NCBI GenBank assembly: GCA_963799925.1
Contig: CAWCYZ010000002.1
Span: 1,726,123 to 1,790,122 of the forward strand
Source: an uncultured Acidobacteriota bacterium
GTDB taxonomy: Bacteria > Acidobacteriota > Thermoanaerobaculia > Multivoradales > UBA5704
Direction of reading: 5' to 3'
DNA length: 64,000 nt
This document shows positions 28,074-37,173 of this stretch, piece after piece (positions within the stretch are counted from its first letter, which is position 1; each line of letters opens with the position of its first letter). A program made the position numbers and the translations under genes. The notes under the pieces were generated by a model. That model ran no database searches. It saw only the letters and a program-made list of their open reading frames with translations, and was not told the origin of the DNA.

Positions 28074-29369
28074 ATGGTGAATCGAAAGCGCCCACCCGTC
28101 GCCAGCCTCTCTCTCCTCCTCCTCGCCGCCGGGCTCGCGGCGCCGCGGATGGCCGGCGCCGAGGTGCTCAATCGCATCGTGCTGCGGGTCAACGACCGCG
28201 TCGCGACGCTCTACGACTATCAGAAGCGCAAGGGCGAGCTGATCCAGGACACCACCCACCGCGAGCAGGACCCCGCCGAGCGCCAGCGCCTGATCGGCCA
28301 GGCCGGGGAGATCGTCTACAAGGACATGTTCGACGAGCTGCTCATCGAGTCGCACGCCGACCAGCTCGGCGTCGAGGCCACCGAGCAGCAGGTCGACGCC
28401 GCCGTCCAGCAGATGCGGGCGTCGAACAACCTCGCCGACGACCAGCAGTTCGCCCAGGCCCTGCAGCAGGCGGGGATCACGGTGCCGCAGCTTCGCGAGC
28501 AGCTCAAGAACAGCCTGCGCGTCCAGGAGGTCATCAACCGCGAGGTCCGCAGCAAGGTCAAGACCAACGAGGAAGACCTCCGCCGCTACTACGGCAAGCA
28601 TCCCGACGAGTTCCGGGTCCCCGACCAGCTCCAGCTCCGCGAGGTGGTGGTGCCGGAGGACAAGGTGCCGAGCGCCGCCGAGCGGGCGCGGGTGGCCGGC
28701 GAGGTGCGCCGGGCGATCCTCGCCGGCAAGCCGATGGCGGCGGCGAGCGAGCCCTTCCACACCCAGGGCGAGACGACCGGCCCGACCGACTTGGGCTGGG
28801 TCGCGGCGGGCGACCTCGACCCGGCGCTCGCCGCGGCGGTCCGCAAGCTCCCCAAGGGCGGCGTCTCCGAGCCGGTGCCGGGGCGCGGCGGCCTCCACGT
28901 CATCCAGGTGATCGACCGCCGCGAGGCGCACGTCAAGCCCTTCAACGAGGTCTCGGCGGCGATCCAGGCGAAGGAGGAGCAGCGGGTCTTCCGCGAGAAG
29001 CTCACCGATTTCATGGCCGATCTCCAGAAACAGTCGCTGGTCGTCGCCCAGCCGCCGCAGGAGGCGGCCGGGTTCCGCAAGCTCATCAGCACCGGCACGC
29101 AGCAGCCGATCCCGGGCCTCGTCTCGGGCGACGCCGCCGCCGCGGCCGCCAACCCGGCGTCCGATGGCTCGGCGACGCCGGCGCCGGCAGCTCCCGGGGC
29201 TCCGGGGGTCACCGTCCCCGGTCCCGCCGCGGCGCCCGACAGCGCGCCCGCTCCCGGCTCGCCGGGCGGCCTCGCCACCCCCAAGCCGGTCGATCCGACG
29301 ACCCCGGCGCCGGTGATCCCGCCGCCGGCGCAGTCCCCGCCAGCCCCTCCGCCGCCCTCCTCCCGCTGA
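28074..29369 (+). CDS. SurA-like periplasmic chaperone / parvulin PPIase with Pro/Ala-rich tail
   Basis: Signal peptide MVNRKRPPVASLSLLLLAAGLAAPRMAGA, SurA_N-like region (NRIVLRVNDRVATLYDY), parvulin block (LQLREVVVPED...GDLGWVAAGDLDPALAAAV...GLHVIQVIDRRE), low-complexity PA-rich C-terminus. Confidence 0.75.
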   Translation: MVNRKRPPVASLSLLLLAAGLAAPRMAGAEVLNRIVLRVNDRVATLYDYQKRKGELIQDTTHREQDPAERQRLIGQAGEIVYKDMFDELLIESHADQLGVEATEQQVDAAVQQMRASNNLADDQQFAQALQQAGITVPQLREQLKNSLRVQEVINREVRSKVKTNEEDLRRYYGKHPDEFRVPDQLQLREVVVPEDKVPSAAERARVAGEVRRAILAGKPMAAASEPFHTQGETTGPTDLGWVAAGDLDPALAAAVRKLPKGGVSEPVPGRGGLHVIQVIDRREAHVKPFNEVSAAIQAKEEQRVFREKLTDFMADLQKQSLVVAQPPQEAAGFRKLISTGTQQPIPGLVSGDAAAAAANPASDGSATPAPAAPGAPGVTVPGPAAAPDSAPAPGSPGGLATPKPVDPTTPAPVIPPPAQSPPAPPPPSSR

Positions 29370-29502
29370 TCGCTCCACCGCCGATCTCCGCCCGCGGGCC
29401 GTCCCTGGCCCGCGGGGAACCGGCCGCGGAGCGGATATTTACGCCTCGTTCGCGCAAAATTGCGTCTTGGATCGGCCGCAGGGGAGCCGCGACGCCATTC
29501 TG

Positions 29503-29527
29503 GTGGAATGAAATGGACAAAAGTGGA
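29503..29527 (+). promoter_or_regulatory. Candidate MraZ operator: three (G/A)TGGA boxes at exact 10-bp spacing upstream of mraZ
   Basis: GTGGA at 29503, ATGGA at 29513, GTGGA at 29523 (GGTGGAATGAAATGGACAAAAGTGGAGTG), about 55-75 nt upstream of mraZ ATG 29580, in the locally AT-richer dcw leader. Confidence 0.5.
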
Positions 29528-29579
29528 GTGAGCTGCTAGGATTTTCCGCTAGGCAACCGTACTCAAAGCGGGCGGGCTC

Positions 29580-30020
29580 ATGTTCCGCGGAAGCGCTCCG
29601 GCAAAGATCGACGACAAAGGCAGGCTGAAGGTCCCGACCGACTTCCGGCGGTTCATGGAGGAGCGGTACGGCCCGGACCTCTTCGTGACCTCGGTCCAGG
29701 GGGACTCGGCCCTCCTCTACCCCCTGCCGGTCTGGGAGGAGATGGAGGCGCGCCTGCAGGCGATGCCCTCGACGGACCGGACGAAGAACCGCTTCCTCGA
29801 GCGCGTCAGCTACTTCGGCCAGCAGCTCCGGCTGGACATCCAGGGCCGGATCGTCATCCCGCAGATCCTGCGGGAGAGCGCCGGCATGAACGGCGACGTG
29901 GTGGTCAGCGCCCATCTCGATCATCTGGTGGTCTGGAACCGCGACCGCTTCCTCGCCCGCATGGAGGAGCAGCCGTTCACCGACGAGGATTACCGCGCTC
30001 TCGCCGAGCGCGGCGTTTAG
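29580..30020 (+). CDS. mraZ: Division/cell-wall cluster transcriptional regulator MraZ
   Basis: 146 aa, two SpoVT/AbrB-like repeats (DDKGRLKVPTDFRR and IQGRIVIPQILRE). Confidence 0.95.
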   Translation: MFRGSAPAKIDDKGRLKVPTDFRRFMEERYGPDLFVTSVQGDSALLYPLPVWEEMEARLQAMPSTDRTKNRFLERVSYFGQQLRLDIQGRIVIPQILRESAGMNGDVVVSAHLDHLVVWNRDRFLARMEEQPFTDEDYRALAERGV

Positions 30021-30065
30021 TGGAGCGCCGGGCGCCGGTGCGCCATGGGTGATGGATGAGAGCCG

Positions 30066-31004
30066 TTGGATGAACAGCACCTGCCGGTCCTGGTCGCCGA
30101 GACCCTGGCGGCGCTCGCGCCCGAGCGCGGCGGCCTCTATGTGGACGCGACCGTGGGGCTCGGCGGTCACGCCGAGGCGCTGCTGCGCGCGGCGCCCGCG
30201 GCGCGGCTGGTGGGGATCGACCGCGACGGGGAGGCTCTCGAGCTCGCCGGCCGGCGGCTCGCCGGCTTCGGCGACCGCGTCCGCCTGGTGGCCGGCACTT
30301 TCGACCGGCTGGTGGAGCTCCTCGCCGGGATCGGCGAGCCGTCGGACAGCGGAAAACCGGCCGGGATCCTCGCCGATCTCGGCGTCTCCTCGCTCCAGCT
30401 CGACCGGCCGGAGCGCGGCTTCAGCTTTCGTTTCAAGGGTCCGCTCGACATGCGCATGGGCGGCAGCGAGCGGACGGCGGCGGACATCGTGAACCAGAGC
30501 TCGGAGGCCGAATTGGAAGAGATCATCAAGGGATACGGCGAAGAGTGGCAGGCACGGCGGATCGCCCGCACCATCGTGAACGCGCGGCGGGAGGCGCCGA
30601 TCGAGACGACCGCCGATCTGCGCGCCGTCATCGACCGCGCCAAGGGGGGCCGCCGCGACCGCGAGGGACGGGTGGACCCGGCGACCCGCGTCTTCCAGGC
30701 GCTGCGCATCGCGGTCAACGACGAGCTCGCCGGGCTCGAGGCGTTCCTCGACCAGGCGGTGCGCCTGCTCGACGGCGACGGCCGGCTGGTGATCATCTCC
30801 TACCATAGCCTCGAGGACCGCATCGTCAAGAACAAGCTGCGCGACGCGGCGCGCGGCCAGACCGACCCGGTGACCGGGCGGCCCCACGCCGAGACGCGTC
30901 TGCTCGAAGTGCTCACCAAGAAGCCCATCCGCCCCGGCGACGCCGAGGTCGCCTGGAATCCACGCTCGCGCTCGGCCCGCCTGCGCGCGGCGCGGAGGTT
31001 GTGA
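30066..31004 (+). CDS. rsmH: 16S rRNA (cytosine1402-N4)-methyltransferase
   Basis: 312 aa (TTG start). HLPVLVAE...YVDATVGLGGHAEALL...DLGVSSLQLD...SYHSLEDRIVKN. Confidence 0.92.
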   Translation: MDEQHLPVLVAETLAALAPERGGLYVDATVGLGGHAEALLRAAPAARLVGIDRDGEALELAGRRLAGFGDRVRLVAGTFDRLVELLAGIGEPSDSGKPAGILADLGVSSLQLDRPERGFSFRFKGPLDMRMGGSERTAADIVNQSSEAELEEIIKGYGEEWQARRIARTIVNARREAPIETTADLRAVIDRAKGGRRDREGRVDPATRVFQALRIAVNDELAGLEAFLDQAVRLLDGDGRLVIISYHSLEDRIVKNKLRDAARGQTDPVTGRPHAETRLLEVLTKKPIRPGDAEVAWNPRSRSARLRAARRL

Positions 31005-31008
31005 GGCG

Positions 31009-31353
31009 TTGAACGGCGCATACGCGTTCAGGCGGCCGGTCGCCAACACCTACCTGGTGCGCGAGCGCGACCGCCGCCTGCGGCGCGAGCTGCTGGCGGT
31101 CGTCGCCGTCGTCCTCTCCCTGGGCGGCGGTCTCCTCGGCTACACCTGGATGCACCTGGAGCTCCTCAACACGGGCTACCGCATCGTCGCCCTCGAGCGC
31201 GAGCAGCGCGACCTGGCGCAGGAGGAGCGGCGCCTGAGCCTGGAGACCGCCTACCTCGCCAGCCCGCAGCAGATCGAATCGCGCGCCGGCCGCGAGCTCG
31301 GCATGCAGAGCCCGGCCACCGACCAGGTGGTGTTCTGGGAGGAGCTGAGGTGA
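31009..31353 (+). CDS. ftsL: Cell-division protein FtsL-like
   Basis: 114 aa. Single TM (LLAVVAVVLSLGGGLLGYTWM) followed by a coiled coil. Canonical position between rsmH and ftsI. GTGA overlap with ftsI. Confidence 0.7.
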   Translation: MNGAYAFRRPVANTYLVRERDRRLRRELLAVVAVVLSLGGGLLGYTWMHLELLNTGYRIVALEREQRDLAQEERRLSLETAYLASPQQIESRAGRELGMQSPATDQVVFWEELR

Positions 31354-33218
31354 GGAACCGCGTCCTCCTGGTGGCGGTCTTCGCCTGCTTCTGGGTGGGG
31401 GCGATCGCCGCCCGCCTCTACATGCTGCAGGTCGTGCGCTACGACCACTATCGCGAGAAGGCCCGCCGCCAGCAGCAGACGGTGGTCGAGCTCGATCCGC
31501 CGCGCGGCACGATCTACGACGCGCGCGGCCGCGAGCTCGCCGTCTCGGTGCAGGTCGAATCCGCCTGGGCCGACCCCTCGGACCTCGACGACCCGGCGGC
31601 GACCGCGCAGGCGCTCGCCCCGGTCCTCGACGCCGATCCCGCCGCCCTCACCCGGCGGCTGTCGCGCGACGGCAACTTCGTCTGGCTGGCGCGCAAGCTC
31701 GACCCGCGGGTGTCGGAGTCCATCCGCCGCCTCGGCCTGCGCGGCATCCATTTCCTGCCGGAGAGCAAGCGCTGCTACCCGATGCGCGAGCTGGCGGCGC
31801 AGATCCTGGGCTACGTCGGCACCGACAACCAGGGCCTCGCCGGCCTCGAGCTGCTGTACAACAAAGAGGTGGCCGGGCGGCCCGGCCGGCGGACGCTGCT
31901 GCGCGACGCGCGGCGCGGCACGGTGATCGCCCCCGGCCTCGCCGGCGCCGAGGCCGAGCCCGGCCACGACCTCTATCTCACCCTCGACTCGACGATCGAG
32001 CACATCGTCGAGCGCGAGCTCGCCCGCGCCGTCGCCCTCCACCACGCCAAGAGCGCCAGCATGGTGCTCCTCGACCCGGCGAGCGGCGCCGTCCTCGCCA
32101 TGGCGAGCTACCCGCCGTTCGACCCCAACCGCTACACCGAGTACCCGCCGGCGCTGTGGCGCAACCGCGCGATCATGGACTCCTACGAGCCGGGCTCCAC
32201 CTTCAAGGTGGTGACCGCCGCCGCGGCGCTCGGCAACGGCATCGTCTCGCCCGAGGACGTCTTCGACTGCGGGATGGGCGGCATCACGCTCTACAACATC
32301 CGCATCCGCGACCACAAGCCGTACGGCCGGCTGACCTTCGCCGACGTGATCGCCAAATCGTCGAACGTCGGGATGATCAAGACCGCCCTCCTCCTCGGCG
32401 ACGAGCGGCTCTATTCGATGATCCGCGCCATGGGCTTCGGCCGGCCGACGGGCGTCGACCTCCCCGGCGAGAGCGGCGGCATCCTCGCCCCGGTCAAAGG
32501 CTGGCGGCCGCTCACCAAGGCCTACATCTCCTTCGGCCAGGGCATCTCGGTGACGCCGCTCCAGCTCGCCCGCGCCGTCGCCGTGGTCGCCAACGAGGGC
32601 CGGCTCGTCACGCCCTACGTGGTGGCCTCGATAGGCAACGGCGGCGCCATCGAGCGCCGCCACCCGGACCCCGCGGCGGCGCCGCGGCCGATCCGGCCGG
32701 AGACGGCGCGCGTGCTCACCGGGCTGCTCGAGCGGGTGGTGACCCTCGGCACCGGCAAGTCGGCCGAGATCCCCGGCTACGCGGTGGCCGGCAAGACCGG
32801 TACGGCCCAGAAGCCGGGGATCGGCGGCTACTCCCACCACAACTACGTGCCGAGCTTCGTCGGCTTCGCCCCCGCCGACCATCCGGCGATCGTGGGGGTG
32901 GTCACGATCGACGAGCCGCAGGGCTTCGCCTACTACGGCGCGCAGGTCGCGGCGCCGGTCTTCGGCAGCGTGGTCCGCGAGGTGATGCTCTACCTCGGCA
33001 TCCACCCGGCGCGCGAGCCGCTCGCCCGCTGGCCGGGCCAGATGATGATGGCGAGCGCCAGGCGGCCGGCCGCGGCGCCGCGAGCGCTCCCGGCGGCGCC
33101 GGCCGCCGACCCCGAGATCGAGCTGGCCGGCGAGGAGCTGGCGCCCGGCGACGCGGTGACGACGCAGCCGGCGGCCGGCCGGCCGGCGCCGGGGGGAGCC
33201 GCCCATGCGCCTCGCTGA
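31350..33218 (+). CDS. ftsI: Penicillin-binding protein (class B transpeptidase, FtsI/PBP3-type)
   Basis: 622 aa. N-terminal TM, dimerisation domain, transpeptidase motifs STFK (GSTFKVVTAAAAL), SSN (KSSNVG), KTG (GKTGTAQK). Ala/Pro-rich tail. Confidence 0.9.
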   Translation: MRNRVLLVAVFACFWVGAIAARLYMLQVVRYDHYREKARRQQQTVVELDPPRGTIYDARGRELAVSVQVESAWADPSDLDDPAATAQALAPVLDADPAALTRRLSRDGNFVWLARKLDPRVSESIRRLGLRGIHFLPESKRCYPMRELAAQILGYVGTDNQGLAGLELLYNKEVAGRPGRRTLLRDARRGTVIAPGLAGAEAEPGHDLYLTLDSTIEHIVERELARAVALHHAKSASMVLLDPASGAVLAMASYPPFDPNRYTEYPPALWRNRAIMDSYEPGSTFKVVTAAAALGNGIVSPEDVFDCGMGGITLYNIRIRDHKPYGRLTFADVIAKSSNVGMIKTALLLGDERLYSMIRAMGFGRPTGVDLPGESGGILAPVKGWRPLTKAYISFGQGISVTPLQLARAVAVVANEGRLVTPYVVASIGNGGAIERRHPDPAAAPRPIRPETARVLTGLLERVVTLGTGKSAEIPGYAVAGKTGTAQKPGIGGYSHHNYVPSFVGFAPADHPAIVGVVTIDEPQGFAYYGAQVAAPVFGSVVREVMLYLGIHPAREPLARWPGQMMMASARRPAAAPRALPAAPAADPEIELAGEELAPGDAVTTQPAAGRPAPGGAAHAPR

Positions 33219-34680
33219 GCTGGTCGCCGGCCTGCCGATCCTGCCGGCCGCTCCGGCCGCGGCCGAGGTCGAGGTGACCGGCGTCCAGCACGACTCGCGG
33301 GCGGTCGCCGCCGGGGACCTCTTCGTCGCTCTCCGCGGCGAGCGCTTCGACGGCGGCGCCTTCGCCGGCGAGGCGGCGGCGCGGGGCGCCGTGGCCGTCC
33401 TGGGGGAGGGCCCCGCCCCCGCCGGGCTCGCCGTCCCCTGGCTCGCCGCCGCCGATCCCCGCGCCCTCCTCGGCCCCCTCGCCGCCCGCGCCTACGGCCA
33501 TCCCGACCGCGAGCTCACCCTGGCCGCGGTCACCGGCACCAACGGCAAGTCGACCGTCGCGACGGTCCTCGCCGCGGTGCTCGGCGCCGCCGGCCGCGAG
33601 GCCGGGTTCATCGGCACCCTGGGCTATCGGCTGGGCGGCCGCGCCTTCCCCGGCGAGCGGACGACCCCGGAGGCCTCCGACCTCTTCCGCACTCTGCGCG
33701 AGATGCGGCGGGCGGGTGCGGCGGCGGTGGCGATGGAGGTCTCCTCGCACGCCCTGTCGCTCGGCCGCATCGAGGGGGCCGCCTTCGACATCGCCGTCTT
33801 CACCAACCTGACTCGCGACCACCTCGAGTACCACGGCGACATGGAGGGCTACTTCGCCGCCAAGCGCCGGCTCTTCTCGCATCTGAAGCCGGGCGGCCGC
33901 GCGGTGGTGAACCTCGACGACCCCTACGGCCGCCGCCTCGCCGCCGAGATGCCCGCGGCGTTGACCTATGGCGAAGGCGGCGAGGTCGCCGCGCGCGGCG
34001 TGCGCCTGACGAACGACGGCATCGACGCCACCCTGGTGACGCCGCGCGGCGAGCTCGCCATCCGCTCGCCGCTCCTCGGCCGCTACAACCTGGAGAACCT
34101 GCTGGCCGCCGCCGCCGCCGCCGAGGCGCTCGGCCTGCCGCACGCGGCGCTCGCCGCGGCCTTCGCCGCCCAGCGGCCGGTCGCCGGGCGGATGGAGCCG
34201 GTCGAGCGCGGCCAGCCGTTTCCGGTCTACGTCGATTACGCGCATACGGAGGCCGCGCTGGCGGCGGCGCTCCGCTCGGCGCGCGACCTCTCGGGCGGCC
34301 GCGTGGCGGTCGTCTTCGGCTGCGGCGGCGAGCGCGATCCCGGCAAGCGCGCCGGCATGGGCCGCGTCGCGGGCGAGCTGGCGGACCTCGCGATCGTCAC
34401 CTCGGACAACCCGCGGCGCGAGGATCCGCTCGCCATCATCCGCGCCGTCGAGGAGGGCCTCGCCGCCTCCGGCGGCGACTACCGCGTGCTGCCCGATCGG
34501 CGCGCGGCCATCGGCGCCGCGCTCGCGGCTGCCGCGGCGGGCGGCGGCTGGGCCGTGCTGGTGGCGGGCAAGGGACACGAGGACGTGCAGATCGTGGGCG
34601 AGAGCAAGATCCCCTTCTCCGACCGGGAGGAGATCGCGCGGGCCCTGGAGGAGCGCTTTGGCCCGGTGGCGCGTGGCTGA
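33205..34680 (+). CDS. murE: UDP-MurNAc-L-Ala-D-Glu:meso-DAP ligase
   Basis: 491 aa, Mur-ligase P-loop GTNGKST, DNPR motif (TSDNPRRED). Confidence 0.92.
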   Translation: MRLAELVAGLPILPAAPAAAEVEVTGVQHDSRAVAAGDLFVALRGERFDGGAFAGEAAARGAVAVLGEGPAPAGLAVPWLAAADPRALLGPLAARAYGHPDRELTLAAVTGTNGKSTVATVLAAVLGAAGREAGFIGTLGYRLGGRAFPGERTTPEASDLFRTLREMRRAGAAAVAMEVSSHALSLGRIEGAAFDIAVFTNLTRDHLEYHGDMEGYFAAKRRLFSHLKPGGRAVVNLDDPYGRRLAAEMPAALTYGEGGEVAARGVRLTNDGIDATLVTPRGELAIRSPLLGRYNLENLLAAAAAAEALGLPHAALAAAFAAQRPVAGRMEPVERGQPFPVYVDYAHTEAALAAALRSARDLSGGRVAVVFGCGGERDPGKRAGMGRVAGELADLAIVTSDNPRREDPLAIIRAVEEGLAASGGDYRVLPDRRAAIGAALAAAAAGGGWAVLVAGKGHEDVQIVGESKIPFSDREEIARALEERFGPVARG

Positions 34681-36088
34681 CGCGGCGGCGGTGGTCGGCG
34701 GCCGGGTGAACGGCGCGGCGGATGCCGCCTTCGACGGCGCGGCGATCGACTCGCGCGCGCTCCGCGGCGGCGAGCTCTTCGTCGCCTTCGCCGGCAGCTC
34801 GACCGACGGCCACCGCTTCGTCGCCGACGCCTTCGCCCGCGGCGCCGCGGCGGCGATGGTCGCCGAGGGGGAGGAGCTGGCGGAGCCGCCGGCCGGCCGC
34901 GCGCTCCTCGCCGTGCCGGACACCTTCCGCGCCCTCCACGACCTGGCGCGGGCGACCCGCCGGCGGACCCCCGAGCGCCTGGTGGGGATCACCGGTTCGG
35001 CCGGCAAGACGACGACCAAGGAGCTCCTCGCGGCGATGCTCGGCGCCCGTTTCCGGGTGGCGCGGACGAAGGGCAACTTCAACAACCTCTATGGGCTGCC
35101 GCTCACCCTCCTCGACGTCCCCGACGGCACCGAGTGGCTGGTCGCCGAGATGGGGATGTCGACCGCCGGCGAGCTCCGGCAGCTCTCGGAGCTCGGCCGG
35201 CCCGACGTCGCCCTCTTCACCGTCGTCCGCCCGGCGCACCTCGAGTTCTTCGGCAGCGTGCGGGCGATCGCCGAGGCCAAGGCCGAGCTGCTTGCCGGGC
35301 TCGCCGCGGACGGCCTCGTCGTCGCCAACGCCGACGACCCCGAGGTGGCGCGGATCGCGCGCGCTCATTCCACGTCGAGAGCCGGCGGGCGCCGGGTCGT
35401 CTGGTACGGTGTCCACTCGCTCCATGCCGCCGCCGACGTCCGGGCGGAGGACGTCGCGCCGGCGCCGGATGGCGCGGTCGGCAGCCGCTTCACGCTCGCC
35501 GCCGGCGGCGAGAGCGTCGCCGTCTCCCTGCCGCTCCACGGCCTCTACAACGTCGAGAACTGCCTCGCCGCGGCGGCCTGCGCCTGGGCCCTCGGCGTGG
35601 CCCTGCCGGCGATCGCCGCGGCGGTTGCCGGCGCAGAGCCGGCGGCGAAGCGCGGCGTCGTCCACCGCCTCGCCGGCGCCGTCACCCTGATCGACGACTC
35701 CTACAACTCGAACCCGGACGCCGTCGCCCGCGCTCTCGAGAGCGCCGCCCTCCTCCCCGCCGCGCGGCGCTGGGCGGTCTTGGGCGACATGCGCGAGCTG
35801 GGTCCGGAGGCGCCCCGCTTCCACCGCGAGGCGGGCGAGCGGGCGGCGGCGGCGGGCTTCTCGCCGGTCGCCGGCGTCGGCCCACTGGCGCGCGAGCTGG
35901 CCGAAGGCGCGCGAGCCATGGGCGCCACGGCGCACTGGCTGCCCGATGCCGCCGCCGCCGCCGAGTGGGCGGCGGGCGAGCTCCGCGACGGCGACCTGGT
36001 GCTGGTCAAGGGCTCGCGCGGCGTGGCCCTCGAGGCGGTCGTGGCGCGCCTCGCCTCCCTGCGGCCGCCGGCGGGGGAGGCGGGCTGA
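34658..36088 (+). CDS. murF: UDP-MurNAc-tripeptide:D-Ala-D-Ala ligase
   Basis: 476 aa (TTG 34658, start uncertain by a few codons), P-loop GSAGKTTTKE, IDDSYNSNP motif. Confidence 0.9.
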   Translation: MARWRVADAAAVVGGRVNGAADAAFDGAAIDSRALRGGELFVAFAGSSTDGHRFVADAFARGAAAAMVAEGEELAEPPAGRALLAVPDTFRALHDLARATRRRTPERLVGITGSAGKTTTKELLAAMLGARFRVARTKGNFNNLYGLPLTLLDVPDGTEWLVAEMGMSTAGELRQLSELGRPDVALFTVVRPAHLEFFGSVRAIAEAKAELLAGLAADGLVVANADDPEVARIARAHSTSRAGGRRVVWYGVHSLHAAADVRAEDVAPAPDGAVGSRFTLAAGGESVAVSLPLHGLYNVENCLAAAACAWALGVALPAIAAAVAGAEPAAKRGVVHRLAGAVTLIDDSYNSNPDAVARALESAALLPAARRWAVLGDMRELGPEAPRFHREAGERAAAAGFSPVAGVGPLARELAEGARAMGATAHWLPDAAAAAEWAAGELRDGDLVLVKGSRGVALEAVVARLASLRPPAGEAG

Positions 36089-37173
36089 TGCTCTACCACC
36101 TGCTCTTCCCGCTGCGCCATCGCCTGCCGGCGTTGAACGTCTTCCGCTACATCACCTTCCGGGCGGCGATGGCGATCGTCACCGCGCTCCTCCTCTCCTG
36201 GTTCCTGGGACCGGGCTTCGTCCGCATGCTGCGCCGCCTCTCGGTCGGCCAGAACATCCGCGAGGTGGGGCCGCAGGCGCATCAGGTGAAGGCCGGGACG
36301 CCCACCATGGGGGGGCTGCTGATCCTCTTCACGGTGCTCGTCCCGACGCTCCTCTGGGCGACGCTCGACGACCCGTACGTCTGGATCGTCGCCGGCGTCA
36401 TGGTCGCCTATGGCGCCATCGGCTTCCTCGACGACTACCTGAAGATCAGGCGGCACAAGAATCTCGGGCTCACCGCGCGCGGCAAGATGCTCCTCCAGAT
36501 CGCCGTCGCCGCCGCCATGGCGCTGACGCTCTGGGCCCTCCCCGCCGAGTACCGCTTCAACCCGACGCTCACCTTCCCGTTCATCAAGCGGGAGGCGATC
36601 CAGCTCGGCCTCCTCTACATCCCGTTCGTCGTCGTCGTGCTCGTCGGCTCGTCGAACGCGGTCAACCTGACCGACGGCCTGGACGGCCTGGCGATCGGCT
36701 CGACGACCGTCGCCGCGGCCACCTACGCCGTCTTCACCTACGTCGCCGGCAACCGGGTCTTCGCCTCCTACCTGCAGATCCCCTACGTCGCGGGAGTGGG
36801 GGAGGTGGCGGTCTTCTGCGGCGCCCTGGTCGGCGCCGGGCTGGGGTTCCTGTGGTTCAACTCCTACCCCGCCGAGGTGTTCATGGGGGACGTGGGGTCG
36901 CTGTCGCTGGGCGGCGCCATCGGCTGCGTCGCGGTGCTCGCCAAGCAGGAGATCCTCCTCGTCCTGGTCGGCGGCGTCTTCGTCGTCGAGGTGCTCTCGG
37001 TGATCGTCCAGGTCACCTCGTTCAAGCTCACCGGCAGGCGGGTGTTCCGCATGTCGCCCCTCCACCACCACTTCGAGCTCTCGGGATGGGCCGAGCCGAA
37101 GGTGATCGTGCGCTTCTGGATCCTCTCGATCCTCTTCGCGCTGCTCTCCCTCTCGACCTTGAAGCTGCGATGA
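36088..37173 (+). CDS. mraY: Phospho-N-acetylmuramoyl-pentapeptide transferase
   Basis: ATG 36088 overlaps the murF TGA (ATGA). [27 protein letters not shown]...NAVNLTDGLDGLA...SPLHHHFELSGW. Confidence 0.95.
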   Translation: MLYHLLFPLRHRLPALNVFRYITFRAAMAIVTALLLSWFLGPGFVRMLRRLSVGQNIREVGPQAHQVKAGTPTMGGLLILFTVLVPTLLWATLDDPYVWIVAGVMVAYGAIGFLDDYLKIRRHKNLGLTARGKMLLQIAVAAAMALTLWALPAEYRFNPTLTFPFIKREAIQLGLLYIPFVVVVLVGSSNAVNLTDGLDGLAIGSTTVAAATYAVFTYVAGNRVFASYLQIPYVAGVGEVAVFCGALVGAGLGFLWFNSYPAEVFMGDVGSLSLGGAIGCVAVLAKQEILLVLVGGVFVVEVLSVIVQVTSFKLTGRRVFRMSPLHHHFELSGWAEPKVIVRFWILSILFALLSLSTLKLR

